Below are positions 23,622-33,528 of a stretch of 64,000 nucleotides of DNA, piece after piece (positions within the stretch are counted from its first letter, which is position 1; each line of letters opens with the position of its first letter). Origin of the DNA: an uncultured Candidatus Saccharibacteria bacterium (GTDB lineage: Bacteria > Patescibacteriota > Saccharimonadia > Saccharimonadales > JAGQNJ01); assembly GCA_964602865.1 (NCBI GenBank), contig CAZRSX010000003.1, positions 1,288-65,287 on the forward strand. Reading direction: 5' to 3'. Under the pieces are notes generated by a model. The model saw only the letters and a program-made list of their open reading frames with translations, ran no database searches and was not told the origin of the DNA. Made by a program: the position numbers and the translations under genes.

Positions 23622-25226
23622 CTAACCAATAACCCTGTAAATTTCCTCTAGCGTCGTCTCGCCATTCAATACCTTGAGTATGCCATTCTGTAACATGGTG
23701 CTCATGCCACTAGCGATAGCTGCTTTTTCTATATCGTCTGTCGTGGTGGCCGTGTTACCGCCCTGAAGGAGTTTCATAATTTCGCCGCTCATCAAAAACT
23801 GTTCACGTAAGGCAATCTGCCCGCGGTAGCCGTATGGGTTGTCCGCTGAGCTGCCTGGTTTGTAGAGTTTGATGCCGTCAAGTGCCGGTTTCTGGAAGCT
23901 GACTGGGAACGTGTCGACTACTTTTTTGATAACCGCTAACTCTTCGGGCGATGGGTCGTAAGCTTGTTTGCTCGTGTCGTCCAGCTTGCGCACCAAACGC
24001 TGCGCCATCACCAAGCGAATCGCCGACACAAACAGCGGGTTCTGACCGATGACGTCCATGAGACGCGTCAGCGCCGCTGCGGCCGAGCTGGCGTGAAAGG
24101 TCGACAAGACCAAATGACCGGTCAGCGAAGCTTGCAACGCTGTTTTGGCTGTATCCATATCCCGAATCTCGCCCACCATGACCACGTCAGGGTCAAGCCG
24201 AAGCACCGCCCGCAGCTTATCGGCAAAGTTTTTCTCGTCGCCAGTTTTGGAGGTCACCGAGATTTGGGTAATGCCTCCGAATTGGTACTCGACCGGATCC
24301 TCGATGGTAATAATCTTGCGTTCCTCGCTGTTGAGCGAATTAAGCATCGAGTAGAGCGTGGTCGTTTTACCCGAACCAGTCGGGCCAACTGCTAGGACCA
24401 GACCGCTGGGCTTAGCAATAATGTCGTCGACTACTTTTCGATGGGCTGGTTCAAGCCCAAGCTTATCGAGCACGTACATGTCCTGGCTCATATTAAACAG
24501 CCGCATCACGATGTCCATGCCATGGATGGCCGGCACTGTCTCGAGTCGCAAGTTCACATCCACTTCGCTGTTATCGGCCATGCGCACTCGCTGGGCGATA
24601 TGGCCTTGCTGGGCAGCTTCGTCAGAGGTAGAAACATTACCCGCACTGGCAATTGCCGATGTCAAGATACGATTTTTCTCTGGTGTGATACGCGCAATCG
24701 GGTGCAAGACGCCGTCGATACGAAAGCGGATCCGCACATGGTCACGCTGATTTTCGATATGAATATCCGAGGCGCCCAATTTGTGGGCCTGTTGTACCAA
24801 ATAGGCAAGCATATCATTAGCCCGCACCTGTTCGAGTGTGGCCGAAACTTTCTGAATCAGCTCGTCAGTACCAGCATTGGTTATCTCAATATCTTGATAG
24901 ACGACTTGTTTTGGCGGGTCGTACAGCCGCATGTACTCGCGAAAGCCGGCGTCAGAAATCAGCGAAAACGTCAGCCGCTGGTCCAAAAAGCGCTGACGCA
25001 AGTTCGACATAGTCTGCTGGGATGTCGTATTGGTAATACCGAACGTGACATTACTGCGATCGGCTGTAATAGGAATGACTTTGAGACTATATAACTCTGG
25101 CACGCTCAAGATATCTTTGTATAAAGCCTTGTCGGTGATTTGGGCAGTATCAACATACGGCAACCCCAGGATGCGGGCACGCTTCTGTACTGCCTGTTCT
25201 TCGTCGCGTCGGGCATCATCACTCAT
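23622..25226 (-). CDS. pilB: type IV pilus assembly ATPase PilB (GspE/PulE family)
   Basis: 534 aa. Walker A GPTGSGKTTTLYS, Asp box, Walker B (VVMVGEIRD), His box (TGHLVLSTFH). Confidence 0.88.
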   Translation of the reverse strand: MSDDARRDEEQAVQKRARILGLPYVDTAQITDKALYKDILSVPELYSLKVIPITADRSNVTFGITNTTSQQTMSNLRQRFLDQRLTFSLISDAGFREYMRLYDPPKQVVYQDIEITNAGTDELIQKVSATLEQVRANDMLAYLVQQAHKLGASDIHIENQRDHVRIRFRIDGVLHPIARITPEKNRILTSAIASAGNVSTSDEAAQQGHIAQRVRMADNSEVDVNLRLETVPAIHGMDIVMRLFNMSQDMYVLDKLGLEPAHRKVVDDIIAKPSGLVLAVGPTGSGKTTTLYSMLNSLNSEERKIITIEDPVEYQFGGITQISVTSKTGDEKNFADKLRAVLRLDPDVVMVGEIRDMDTAKTALQASLTGHLVLSTFHASSAAAALTRLMDVIGQNPLFVSAIRLVMAQRLVRKLDDTSKQAYDPSPEELAVIKKVVDTFPVSFQKPALDGIKLYKPGSSADNPYGYRGQIALREQFLMSGEIMKLLQGGNTATTTDDIEKAAIASGMSTMLQNGILKVLNGETTLEEIYRVIG

Positions 25227-25323
25227 CGGAAAGAATACCCCCAGTTGTTTTGTTTGTGGTCATATAGGTTCTATTATAAGCATAATCGTCACAAATACCA
25301 CTGTTTTTGGTGACAACAAACAG

Positions 25324-25332
25324 TGGTATAGT
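25324..25332 (+). promoter_or_regulatory. extended -10 TGGTATAGT, 9 nt upstream of the SpoU methyltransferase ATG at 25342
   Basis: Plus strand: CAGTGGTATAGT-GCATCAGTG-ATG. Confidence 0.55.
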
Positions 25333-25341
25333 GCATCAGTG

Positions 25342-25842
25342 ATGAGAAAAATTGTTGTGATTGCCCACGATATACGCAGCGCCCACAATGTCGGTGCATT
25401 GTTTCGAACAGCTGAAGGGCTCGGCGTGCAAAAAGTATACTGCACCGGCTACACACCGTATCCCATAACACCCGACGATGAACGTTTGCCGCACCTGGCG
25501 CGCAAAATCGACAATCAGATACAAAAAACCGCTCTTGGAGCGCAAACATCGCTGCGTTGGGAGCACAGCAGCGATGTCATAACACTCATAGCCAATCTCA
25601 AGGACAAGGGCTATGAAGTCATCGGACTGGAACAGCACAAAAAGAGCATGCCGCTCAATAAATACGAACCGCCGAAAAAACTGGCCATCTTGCTTGGACG
25701 TGAGGTGGAAGGTATCGATAAAGAGCTCCTTGAGCTATGCGACGATATCGTTGTAATCCCGATGTTTGGCAAAAAAGAATCTTTTAACGTCGTTGAGGCC
25801 GCTACCATGGCGCTTTACCACTGCCGCTTTTTTGAACTTTGA
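25342..25842 (+). CDS. SpoU/TrmH-family RNA 2'-O-methyltransferase
   Basis: ORF track starts at 25030, inside the pilB antisense. The ATG at 25342 (MRKIVVIAHDIRSAHNVGALFRTAEGLGV) is the family-typical N-terminus, with TGGTATAGT 9 nt upstream. C-terminal motifs LLGREVEGI and ESFNVVEA. Confidence 0.85.
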   Translation: MRKIVVIAHDIRSAHNVGALFRTAEGLGVQKVYCTGYTPYPITPDDERLPHLARKIDNQIQKTALGAQTSLRWEHSSDVITLIANLKDKGYEVIGLEQHKKSMPLNKYEPPKKLAILLGREVEGIDKELLELCDDIVVIPMFGKKESFNVVEAATMALYHCRFFEL

Positions 25843-25861
25843 AAAACCATAAGAACTGTCG

Positions 25862-25867
25862 TACAAT
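25862..25867 (+). promoter_or_regulatory. -10 box TACAAT, 6 nt upstream of the ATG at 25874
   Basis: Plus strand: CGTACAAT-ATAGCT-ATG. Confidence 0.45.
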
Positions 25868-25873
25868 ATAGCT

Positions 25874-26794
25874 ATGCCGACTTCGAAGGCGCATAAAACA
25901 CGACATCACTCGAACTTGCGCCCAAAACACAAACATACAAAAAAATACCTCCAGCCGTACTGGCCGTATTTGCCGCTATTGACTATCCTCATTATGATTG
26001 TCAGCTTCTTGCAGCCGTGGCGCAGCAGTCTGGTAGGTCCGCAGGTTTTGCCGTACGCGACTGATGTAACCATGACGACACTGCTCAACAAAACAAACGA
26101 GGAGCGCACAAGGGCTGGCAAAGACGAGCTGGCGCTTAACAACAAGCTCAGCAATGCGGCTCAGGCCAAAGCCAAAGACATGGTGACGCGAAATTATTGG
26201 TCACACAACACGCCTGATGGCCAAGCGCCGTGGATATTTGTAACGCAGGTCGGCTACGACTATCAAAAAGCTGGCGAAAACCTAGCCTACGGGTTTTTGT
26301 CGAGCCAGCAAGTGGTAACCGGGTGGATGAATAGCGCCTCGCACCGCGCCAATATTCTTGATGAACACTACAAAGAAGTCGGATTTGGTGTCGCCGATAG
26401 CGCAAACTTCGACAACAATGGTCCGTCGACCGTCGTCGTGGCAATGTATGCCAGTCCGCTTGACTCGCCGCCACTACCAGCCGCAAGCGAACAAACCACG
26501 CCGGCCGTCGCGTCATTTAGCTCGCTGTCTGGCACGGCGCAGACACCCAGTCCGCAAACGATTAGTCGTATCCAAGCCCTGACAAGCGGCTGGGCACCCT
26601 GGGCACCGTATTTCGTTGGTATGATTATCGGCGCCGCGCTCTGTTACTTGGCTATCAAACACACTATCAGCATTAAGCGCGCATTTCGCAAAGGCGAACG
26701 CTTTGTGGTTCACCATCCGTTGTTTGACGTAACCCTAGTAGCGCTGATCGTCCTGGGACTGGTAGTAATTCAGCGCGTTGGAACAATTCTGTAG
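25874..26794 (+). CDS. CAP/SCP (PR-1, YkwD-like) domain membrane protein
   Basis: 306 aa. N-terminal TM, a CAP domain (NEERTRAGKDELALNNKLSNAAQAKAKDM...WSHNTP...GENLAYGF...GWMNSASHRANIL...VGFGV), a Pro/Ser/Thr linker, and two C-terminal TM helices. Confidence 0.8.
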   Translation: MPTSKAHKTRHHSNLRPKHKHTKKYLQPYWPYLPLLTILIMIVSFLQPWRSSLVGPQVLPYATDVTMTTLLNKTNEERTRAGKDELALNNKLSNAAQAKAKDMVTRNYWSHNTPDGQAPWIFVTQVGYDYQKAGENLAYGFLSSQQVVTGWMNSASHRANILDEHYKEVGFGVADSANFDNNGPSTVVVAMYASPLDSPPLPAASEQTTPAVASFSSLSGTAQTPSPQTISRIQALTSGWAPWAPYFVGMIIGAALCYLAIKHTISIKRAFRKGERFVVHHPLFDVTLVALIVLGLVVIQRVGTIL

Positions 26795-29700
26795 CTACTG
26801 GATTTTGACATTTGTTTTACCAGCAAGCTGCTCAAGCTGCTGTAGAACGGTTTTGTCGCTATTGATACGAACTGGTAGTTTGATAGCTTGCTTTTCGCTG
26901 TCCGGACCAACCACCAGCACAATCTCTACGTCGCCCGGGCTGGCATCGACAATGCTTTTGACGCCCGTCAGGAGCTGCTGATCACGTGAGTCGGTAACAC
27001 GAACGTAGACCCTCTGCGGGACGACCCGAGCTGGTGCCGTTGCTTTTTTGGTACCGCTTGTTTTTGGGGTGGTAGGTTTTTTACCAGTCGGCTGGTAGGC
27101 TTGCGCCTGTTCAAGCGTTATCTCACGAGCGTCATCAACCATCAGCTTGCCCTCAGTCGCTGTTTCGCCGTTTTTGTCCCGATGCGAGACCTTACCCTTG
27201 ACCAGCACCACTCTGTCGCGCTCCCAGATGCCGAGTGTTTGTTGATAGACACTCGGGAACAGTACGAGTTCCCGCTCATCTTTGTCGTCAGCGAGTTTCA
27301 CGAAGGCCATTTTTTGGCCGTTTTTGGTGGTAATCTCACGAGTATCAATTATGACACCGCCGGTGTTCACAGTGCGATTATCATACTCGATTGCAACATA
27401 CGAAAGCGGCAGCGCTTTTTCTTCCAAAATAGCCTTGAATGCGTGCAAGGGATGCTGCGACAGATACAGCCCCAGGAGTTCGCGCTCCCATTGCAACTGC
27501 TCGCGCAGGGGTATTTCGGGGCCTGGCTCAAGTTTGAGCTTGACCGTTGTCTGCACGTCGCCAGCTAATTCGCCAAACAGGTCGGTTTGGCCGCTGGCCA
27601 GTTGTTTCTGGAGCTTACTGGCGTAGGCAATCAGAACATCGACGTTATGCAGCAACGTCGTCCGCTCCTCAAACCGGTCAAAAGCCCCGGATTTAATCAA
27701 ACTTTCGACTGTTTTTCGGTTGACAATCCGCGAGTTTACTTTGGCGAGAAAATCTTCAATGTCTGCAAACGATCCGCTCTCTGCCCGCGCTCGCAGTATG
27801 TCCTCAACAGCGCCGGTGCCGACGTTCTTGACCGCCGACATGCCGTATCGAATTTGCTCTTTACCTGGTACGACGGCAAACTCCACGAATGATTCGTTGA
27901 CATCGGGCGGCAACACTTCAATTCCCATGTGTTGGCATTCGTTGATTTCAATTGCCAGCCTATCAGTATCATCAAAATCGCTGGTCATCAGCGCTGCCAT
28001 AAACGCTGCCGGGTAGTGGGCTTTGAGATAAGCCGTTTGATAGGCAATCAGCGCATAGCACGCGGCGTGTGATTTGTTGAAACAATAGGCTGCAAAGTCT
28101 TCCAGCTGCTTCCAGAGTTGTTCCATGAGTGTCCTATCCGCACCGACGGTCTGAATTGCCCCATCAATAAAATCGCCTTTGAGCTTTTTCATGACTTCCG
28201 GAATTTTCTTGCCGATGGCTTTTCTCAAGGTGTCAGATTGCCCGCCGGTAAAGCCGCACATCTCCTTACTAATCTGCATCACCTGCTCTTGGTAGACGAT
28301 CACGCCGTAGGTGGTTTTCAGCGCCGGCTCCATCGCCGGATGCAGGTACTCAACACTCTTCTCGCCATGCTTGCGGGCGATAAAATCTTCAATCCATTGC
28401 ATCGGCCCGGGGCGATACAGCGCAACCATAGCCACGATGTCTTCAAATACCGTTGGTTTGAGTTCGCGCAAATAGCGTTTCATACCGGCAGATTCAAACT
28501 GAAATACGCCAGTGGTATTGCCCTGTTGGAATAGCTCAAACGTCTTTGTATCATCAAGCGGAATAGTGTTAATGCCTATATCTTGGTCGTAGACTTTTTT
28601 GACAATGCGAAGTGCGTTTTTGATAATGGTCAGATTAGACAGGCCCAGAAAGTCCATTTTGAGTAGCCCGAGGTCCTCAATGGGGTTCATCGAGTACTGC
28701 GTCGCCACAACGCCTTTTTGGGCCATTTCAAGCGGTACGAACCTCACAATGTCGTCCGGGGCAATCACCACGCCGGCGGCATGCACACCGTGATTACGGA
28801 TCGTACCCTCTAAACGTGTTGCCAGGTCAAACACGCGCTTGGCGTCCTCGTTCGATTCGTACTCTCGCTTCAAGTCTACGTCCTGTTGGAGCGAGGTTTC
28901 CAGTGGAATGTGCCGGCCCTGGACTGGCGGCGGGATCATCTTTGCCAAACGGTCAGCGTCAGCGTAGGGCACCTGCAAGACCCGTGCGACATCGCGCACG
29001 GCGTTGCGGGCCGCCATCGTACCAAACGTCACAATATTTGCTACCCGATCATCGCCGTATTTTTGCACGCAGTACTGAATAACTTCGTCGCGGCGGGTGT
29101 CCTGGATGTCTATGTCAATATCTGGCATTGAGATACGATCCGGGTTCAAAAATCGCTCAAACAGCAGGTCATATTTGAGCGGGTCAAGCTCGGTAATCTT
29201 CAGCGCAAAAGCAATAATTGAGCCCGCCGCCGACCCGCGCCCCGGACCAAAGACAATGCCGTTGTCTTTGCCCCAGTTAATAAAGTCAGAGATAATCAAA
29301 AAATAGCCGTTGAAGCCCATGTTTTCGATAATCTCAAGTTCGTACTTTGCGCGATCGAGTACAGCCTCTGGGATATGCTTCTTGGCTTCCTGCACAGTCA
29401 TTTTTTTTGCCGCTGTTTCGCTTTTTTTGCCATAGCGCCAGACCAAACCCTGGTACACAAGCTCCTGTAGATAGCTCTTTTCATTTTTGCCTTTTGGCAC
29501 GGGAAATTTCGGAATCAGAATTTTGCCCAATTCAATCTGCACCATGCACCGATCAGCAATTGCTCTTGTGTTCGTGATCGCCTCGGGGTGGTCAGCACTC
29601 CAGCGCTCAATCAGTTCTTGCGGATCGGCAACGTGCAGTTCAAACTCTTTGAGGCTCATGCGTTTTTCGTCGCTCAAAAACGAACCGGTTTGGACACAGA

Positions 29701-30433
29701 GCAAGATTTCGTGGGCTTCCTGGTCTTCGTGTTTCAGGTAGTGCGCATCGGACGTCAGTACGCACGGGATAGCAAGCTCTTTACCCAACTTAAATAGTTG
29801 CTTGTTGACTGCGACCTGCTCGTCCCATTTGCTCGGGTGGTTTGGATGGCCATGGTCTTGGACTTCAAGATAGTAGCGGTCGCCAAAGACCGACTTATAC
29901 CAGCTGGCAATCTTCTTGGCTTGGTCATACTGATTATTGCGCAAGCTATCGCCGACTTCACCACCAATACAACCGCTTAACACAATTAGTCCCTCGTTGT
30001 ATTTCTCGAGCAAATCGTGATCAATGCGCGGCTTGTAATATAGCCCGTTCAGGTTGGCAATGGTACTCAGCCGCATGAGATTTTGATAGCCCGTTTCATT
30101 CATGGCCAGCAAGATCAAATGGAAGTTCGGCTTGTCCTTGCCCGGCTCTTTGTCGGTGTGCTGCCGGGCGGCGACGTAGGTTTCCATGCCAATGACTGGC
30201 TTGATATTCTCGCTCGCCGCTGTTTTATAGAATTCTATCACGCCAGACAACGTACCGTGGTCGGTTATGGCTACCGCCTCCATGCCGGTCGTTTTTACCA
30301 TATCAATCAGTTTTGGTATCTTAGTTAGGCCATCGAGCAGGCTGTACTGCGTGTGGTTATGCAAATGCACAAAGTCTTTGGGCAAAATCTTTGCCCCGGT
30401 CGCTTTTGCTTGTTGCTTTTTTCCCTCACTCAT
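26795..30433 (-). CDS. dnaE: DNA polymerase III alpha subunit
   Basis: 1212 aa. PHP domain FVHLHNHTQYSLLDG, palm/fingers motifs (PDIDIDI, GLLKMDFLGL), and a C-terminal OB fold. Confidence 0.93.
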   Translation of the reverse strand: MSEGKKQQAKATGAKILPKDFVHLHNHTQYSLLDGLTKIPKLIDMVKTTGMEAVAITDHGTLSGVIEFYKTAASENIKPVIGMETYVAARQHTDKEPGKDKPNFHLILLAMNETGYQNLMRLSTIANLNGLYYKPRIDHDLLEKYNEGLIVLSGCIGGEVGDSLRNNQYDQAKKIASWYKSVFGDRYYLEVQDHGHPNHPSKWDEQVAVNKQLFKLGKELAIPCVLTSDAHYLKHEDQEAHEILLCVQTGSFLSDEKRMSLKEFELHVADPQELIERWSADHPEAITNTRAIADRCMVQIELGKILIPKFPVPKGKNEKSYLQELVYQGLVWRYGKKSETAAKKMTVQEAKKHIPEAVLDRAKYELEIIENMGFNGYFLIISDFINWGKDNGIVFGPGRGSAAGSIIAFALKITELDPLKYDLLFERFLNPDRISMPDIDIDIQDTRRDEVIQYCVQKYGDDRVANIVTFGTMAARNAVRDVARVLQVPYADADRLAKMIPPPVQGRHIPLETSLQQDVDLKREYESNEDAKRVFDLATRLEGTIRNHGVHAAGVVIAPDDIVRFVPLEMAQKGVVATQYSMNPIEDLGLLKMDFLGLSNLTIIKNALRIVKKVYDQDIGINTIPLDDTKTFELFQQGNTTGVFQFESAGMKRYLRELKPTVFEDIVAMVALYRPGPMQWIEDFIARKHGEKSVEYLHPAMEPALKTTYGVIVYQEQVMQISKEMCGFTGGQSDTLRKAIGKKIPEVMKKLKGDFIDGAIQTVGADRTLMEQLWKQLEDFAAYCFNKSHAACYALIAYQTAYLKAHYPAAFMAALMTSDFDDTDRLAIEINECQHMGIEVLPPDVNESFVEFAVVPGKEQIRYGMSAVKNVGTGAVEDILRARAESGSFADIEDFLAKVNSRIVNRKTVESLIKSGAFDRFEERTTLLHNVDVLIAYASKLQKQLASGQTDLFGELAGDVQTTVKLKLEPGPEIPLREQLQWERELLGLYLSQHPLHAFKAILEEKALPLSYVAIEYDNRTVNTGGVIIDTREITTKNGQKMAFVKLADDKDERELVLFPSVYQQTLGIWERDRVVLVKGKVSHRDKNGETATEGKLMVDDAREITLEQAQAYQPTGKKPTTPKTSGTKKATAPARVVPQRVYVRVTDSRDQQLLTGVKSIVDASPGDVEIVLVVGPDSEKQAIKLPVRINSDKTVLQQLEQLAGKTNVKIQ

Positions 30434-30444
30434 CAGTACTACTC

Positions 30445-30450
30445 ATTATA
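30445..30450 (-). promoter_or_regulatory. -10 box TATAAT, 11 nt upstream of the dnaE ATG
   Basis: Minus strand: TTTTATAAT-GAGTAGTACTG-ATG, immediately after the ytxH terminator. Confidence 0.5.
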
Positions 30451-30482
30451 AAAGAAAACAGCCGGCCGCGCGCTGGCTGTTT
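30451..30482 (-). terminator. rho-independent terminator after the YtxH/DUF948 genes
   Basis: Minus strand: AAACAGCC-AGCGCGCGGCC-GGCTGTTT followed by TCTTTT. GC-rich stem, with further pairing possible in the loop. Confidence 0.65.
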
Positions 30483-30504
30483 GTAGTGGAATTTACCGTT
30501 TTGG

Positions 30505-30912
30505 TTATGATTTTTTGAGATACTTTGCCAGGTAATCTTTAGCTTTGGTAGCTTCAGCTATAGCTTTTCTAAGTTCTGGCTCATCAGTCTCACCGCTCTT
30601 GATGGCGCTAATGACTTCTTTTATTTTTTGCTTGGCTTCTTTAGCGGACGCAAGCGCTGCATCAAGTTCCTTTTTTGCCGTTGCACTCTTGTCTTTGGCC
30701 AAGGCCGTTCCCTTGTCAATCAGCTCGCTCAGCTCGTTGTTGAGACTTTTGAGCTTCTTTTCAGCTTCGCGGTAAACTTTGCTTGCTGTATCTTTTACAT
30801 CTTGCCTCGTTTCTTTGCCGCTTTTTGGAGCGGTCAAAATACCGGTGATAAAGCCGGCAACAGCACCAACCAAGGCGCCAATTACAAGTTTCTTGTTACC
30901 ATCTTTGCTCAT
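30505..30912 (-). CDS. YtxH-domain protein
   Basis: 135 aa. GALVGAVAGFITGILTAPKSGKETRQDVKD is the YtxH signature, followed by a long helical K/E-rich region. Confidence 0.8.
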   Translation of the reverse strand: MSKDGNKKLVIGALVGAVAGFITGILTAPKSGKETRQDVKDTASKVYREAEKKLKSLNNELSELIDKGTALAKDKSATAKKELDAALASAKEAKQKIKEVISAIKSGETDEPELRKAIAEATKAKDYLAKYLKKS

Positions 30913-30914
30913 AG

Positions 30915-31172
30915 CTATCTCCTCTTTTTCGTCTGATTCGTTACTGCGCTCACAATATTGCTAATCAGTCCGGTAATTGCGACCGGTCCGGCTGCTTTCT
31001 TAAAAAAACTGCTCACCGACTCCACGTCATCAACGATTTCTTCAGCCTTGTCGACCACCTTTCGTACCTGGCCAGTCAGCTTTACAAGCGCAACCACCAA
31101 AATAATGCTCGCCACAAGCAACACTGCAAGTGCAACGGACAAAATAATGACTAGTATTTCAAATGCATCCAT
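30915..31172 (-). CDS. DUF948-like small membrane protein
   Basis: 85 aa. One N-terminal TM followed by an amphipathic helix (VRKVVDKAEEIVDDVESV). Typically paired with YtxH genes. Confidence 0.7.
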   Translation of the reverse strand: MDAFEILVIILSVALAVLLVASIILVVALVKLTGQVRKVVDKAEEIVDDVESVSSFFKKAAGPVAITGLISNIVSAVTNQTKKRR

Positions 31173-31182
31173 AGGCTCTATT

Positions 31183-32070
31183 CTACTCCTCTTTCAAACG
31201 TTTCTCAAGATACCGCCGAAATGGCGCACCGATTTTCGGGTGCACCAGCGCCGTATCAACCAGCGCCTCTAGGTAGCCAGCCTTGCTGCCGGTGTCATGA
31301 TAGATACCCATAACGTCGCAGCAGTACACCGTATCCTGCTGTGCGAGACGATTGACCGCTTCTGACAACTCGACTTCGCCGCGGGTGCTAACTTTTTCTT
31401 CGGCCAGTATCGGTATAATATCCGGCGTCAATAAATAGCCGCCAACGGAGGCGATATCGGACGGCGTATCTTGTTCGCCTGGCTTTTCAACCAGTTCATC
31501 AACTTCGTAGGCTTGGTCCGATAGTTTCTTTCCCGGTCGTATCATGCCGTATTTATCAGCGTCGCTCGTTGGTACGCGGTGTGCCGAAATGACTGATTTG
31601 CCAGTTTGCTCGTACACTGCAAGTAATTGTTTGGCCCGAGGCACGTGACTTCTGAAAAAATCATCAGCAAAAAAGACAAAAAACGGTTCGTTGTTCAAGA
31701 TGTGAGCTGCATTCAACACCGGGCGGGCATTGCCGCTGGGCAGTCCTTTTTGCCGCAAATACACAAAGTTGGCCAGCTCAGCAATGTCTTTTATTTGGGC
31801 AGCTTCTTTAGCTTTGCCTTTGCGCTTGAGTTCTTGCTCCAGCTCGACCGCTCGGTCGAAATGATCTTCAATGGCCCGCTTGGTGGCACCGGTCACAATG
31901 ATAATATCGGTCACTCCAGCCGCAACCGCCTCTTCGACAATGAGCTGAATGACCGGCTTGTCGATAATCGGCAGCATTTCTTTGGGCATGGCTTTGGTCT
32001 GCGGTGAAAACCGCGTTCCCAACCCCGCTGCGGCGATCACTGCTTTTCGAACGGGTTTGGGACGATCCAT
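31183..32070 (-). CDS. galU: UTP--glucose-1-phosphate uridylyltransferase
   Basis: 295 aa. AVIAAAGLGTRFSPQTKAMPKEMLPIIDKPVIQ signature and a VEKP motif (LVEKPGEQ). Confidence 0.9.
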   Translation of the reverse strand: MDRPKPVRKAVIAAAGLGTRFSPQTKAMPKEMLPIIDKPVIQLIVEEAVAAGVTDIIIVTGATKRAIEDHFDRAVELEQELKRKGKAKEAAQIKDIAELANFVYLRQKGLPSGNARPVLNAAHILNNEPFFVFFADDFFRSHVPRAKQLLAVYEQTGKSVISAHRVPTSDADKYGMIRPGKKLSDQAYEVDELVEKPGEQDTPSDIASVGGYLLTPDIIPILAEEKVSTRGEVELSEAVNRLAQQDTVYCCDVMGIYHDTGSKAGYLEALVDTALVHPKIGAPFRRYLEKRLKEE

Positions 32071-32077
32071 CGTAGAT

Positions 32078-32086
32078 ATTCTATCA
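32078..32086 (-). promoter_or_regulatory. extended -10 TGATAGAAT, 7 nt upstream of the galU ATG
   Basis: Minus strand: GCGTGATAGAAT-ATCTACG-ATG. Confidence 0.5.
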
Positions 32087-32138
32087 CGCCCCTGGTTTTA
32101 GAACCCAAAATCGTGCTCATCTGTCACTCCTTCACTTA

Positions 32139-32147
32139 TGCTATAAT
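32139..32147 (+). promoter_or_regulatory. extended -10 TGCTATAAT, 11 nt upstream of the GT2 ATG
   Basis: Plus strand: TTATGCTATAAT-CCGTTATAATT-ATG. A second TATAAT sits at 32152..32157. Confidence 0.5.
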
Positions 32148-32158
32148 CCGTTATAATT

Positions 32159-33127
32159 ATGAGGAAGCAGAATAGAGTACTCCTATCAGTGGTGTCGCCT
32201 GTCTACAACGAGGAACGAGGAATTTTACAGTTCTACGACTCACTTCATGCTGTCCTCCGTAAATCATTTGGAGAAGGTTTTGAAATGATTTTCGTAGACG
32301 ATGGGAGCACAGACAAAACACCGGCTATACTTGGGGGCATTGCTCGCAAGAACAAGCTTGTTCGGTTCGTTTGTCTGTCGCGAAATTTTGGTAAAGAAAA
32401 TGCTTTATCGGCAGGCATTGCCCACGCCCAAGGTAAAGCAATCCTGCTTATTGACTCAGACGGACAACACCCCGTGGAATATATTCCACGGTTCATCTCA
32501 GCATGGCAAGACGGCGCAAAAGTTGTCGTCGGTATCCGGGACACGAAACACGCGGGAGCTTTTAAAAAGCTTGCCTCAGAGCTTTTCTACCACGCGCTAA
32601 ACTTTTTTTCAGATCAAAAAACGGTGCCAGGCTCAACTGATTTTCGCCTCATAGATAGTTCCGTACGAGAAGCGTTTCTTGAACTTAGAGAGAGCGATCG
32701 TGTTACGCGCGAGTTGATAGACTGGCTTGGTTTTGAACGTGCATATATACACTACCAAGAAAACCCCCGAAAGCATGGCCAGCCAACGTATACATTCCGG
32801 AAATTACTCCATCTCGCTCTTAATAACATCATTGCGTCCGGCTCAGGGTTACTCAACCTCATTCTGTATTTTGGTCTTACCACAGCCACACTTTCTTTTC
32901 TTCTCGGAATAGCTGTATTCCTACAACAGATAGTATTAGGTGATCCGCTTAACTGGAATTTTACCGGAACCGCAATGTTGGGAATAATGACAGTATTTTT
33001 GGTCAGCATACTCCTGGTTGCCATCGGAACACTTGCAATGTTCATCGGGAACATATACAACCAATCAAGAGGTAGGCCACTTTATGTAGTGGATCATGAG
33101 AAGTGCGTAAATACAACAGATTCATGA
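32159..33127 (+). CDS. GT2 polyprenyl-phosphate glycosyltransferase (GtrB/ArnC/DPM1-like)
   Basis: 322 aa. SVVSPVYNEE, FVDDGSTD, DSDGQHP (DxD) motifs and two C-terminal TM helices, the layout of bactoprenol-phosphate sugar transferases. Confidence 0.88.
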   Translation: MRKQNRVLLSVVSPVYNEERGILQFYDSLHAVLRKSFGEGFEMIFVDDGSTDKTPAILGGIARKNKLVRFVCLSRNFGKENALSAGIAHAQGKAILLIDSDGQHPVEYIPRFISAWQDGAKVVVGIRDTKHAGAFKKLASELFYHALNFFSDQKTVPGSTDFRLIDSSVREAFLELRESDRVTRELIDWLGFERAYIHYQENPRKHGQPTYTFRKLLHLALNNIIASGSGLLNLILYFGLTTATLSFLLGIAVFLQQIVLGDPLNWNFTGTAMLGIMTVFLVSILLVAIGTLAMFIGNIYNQSRGRPLYVVDHEKCVNTTDS

Positions 33128-33528
33128 AAATAGCCAGATACAGGCGCCCTGCTCTATATCTTATTGCGGGCACCATCTCGTATATAACCGAAATGGTATT
33201 TCTTGTTGTTTGTCGAGATACATTTCAAGTTGATGCTGTTACTGCTGTAGCCATCAGTTTTTGGATTGGGACAGTTATCGCCTTTCTACTGCAAAAATTT
33301 ATTGTTTTTAGAAATAGTGAGCTGAACTTCAAATCTTTACTAAAACAAATTGGCGGATACGGAGCACTGTTACTGTGGAATTACGCATTTACTATAGGCT
33401 TAACCGTGCTATTAGATCAGCGTCTTCACGTCGTGTATATACGTACGCTAGCAATCGTTATGATCGTATGCTGGAATTATCTGCTATATCGCTCGATATT
33501 TAGACAAAAAGAGAAGTTAATCGTATGA
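33124..33528 (+). CDS. GtrA-family membrane protein (putative lipid-linked sugar translocase)
   Basis: The ATG at 33124 overlaps the GT2 stop (ATGA). About 134 aa with 4 predicted TM helices. Conserved N-terminus YLIAGTISYITEMVFLVV. Confidence 0.8.
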   Translation: MKIARYRRPALYLIAGTISYITEMVFLVVCRDTFQVDAVTAVAISFWIGTVIAFLLQKFIVFRNSELNFKSLLKQIGGYGALLLWNYAFTIGLTVLLDQRLHVVYIRTLAIVMIVCWNYLLYRSIFRQKEKLIV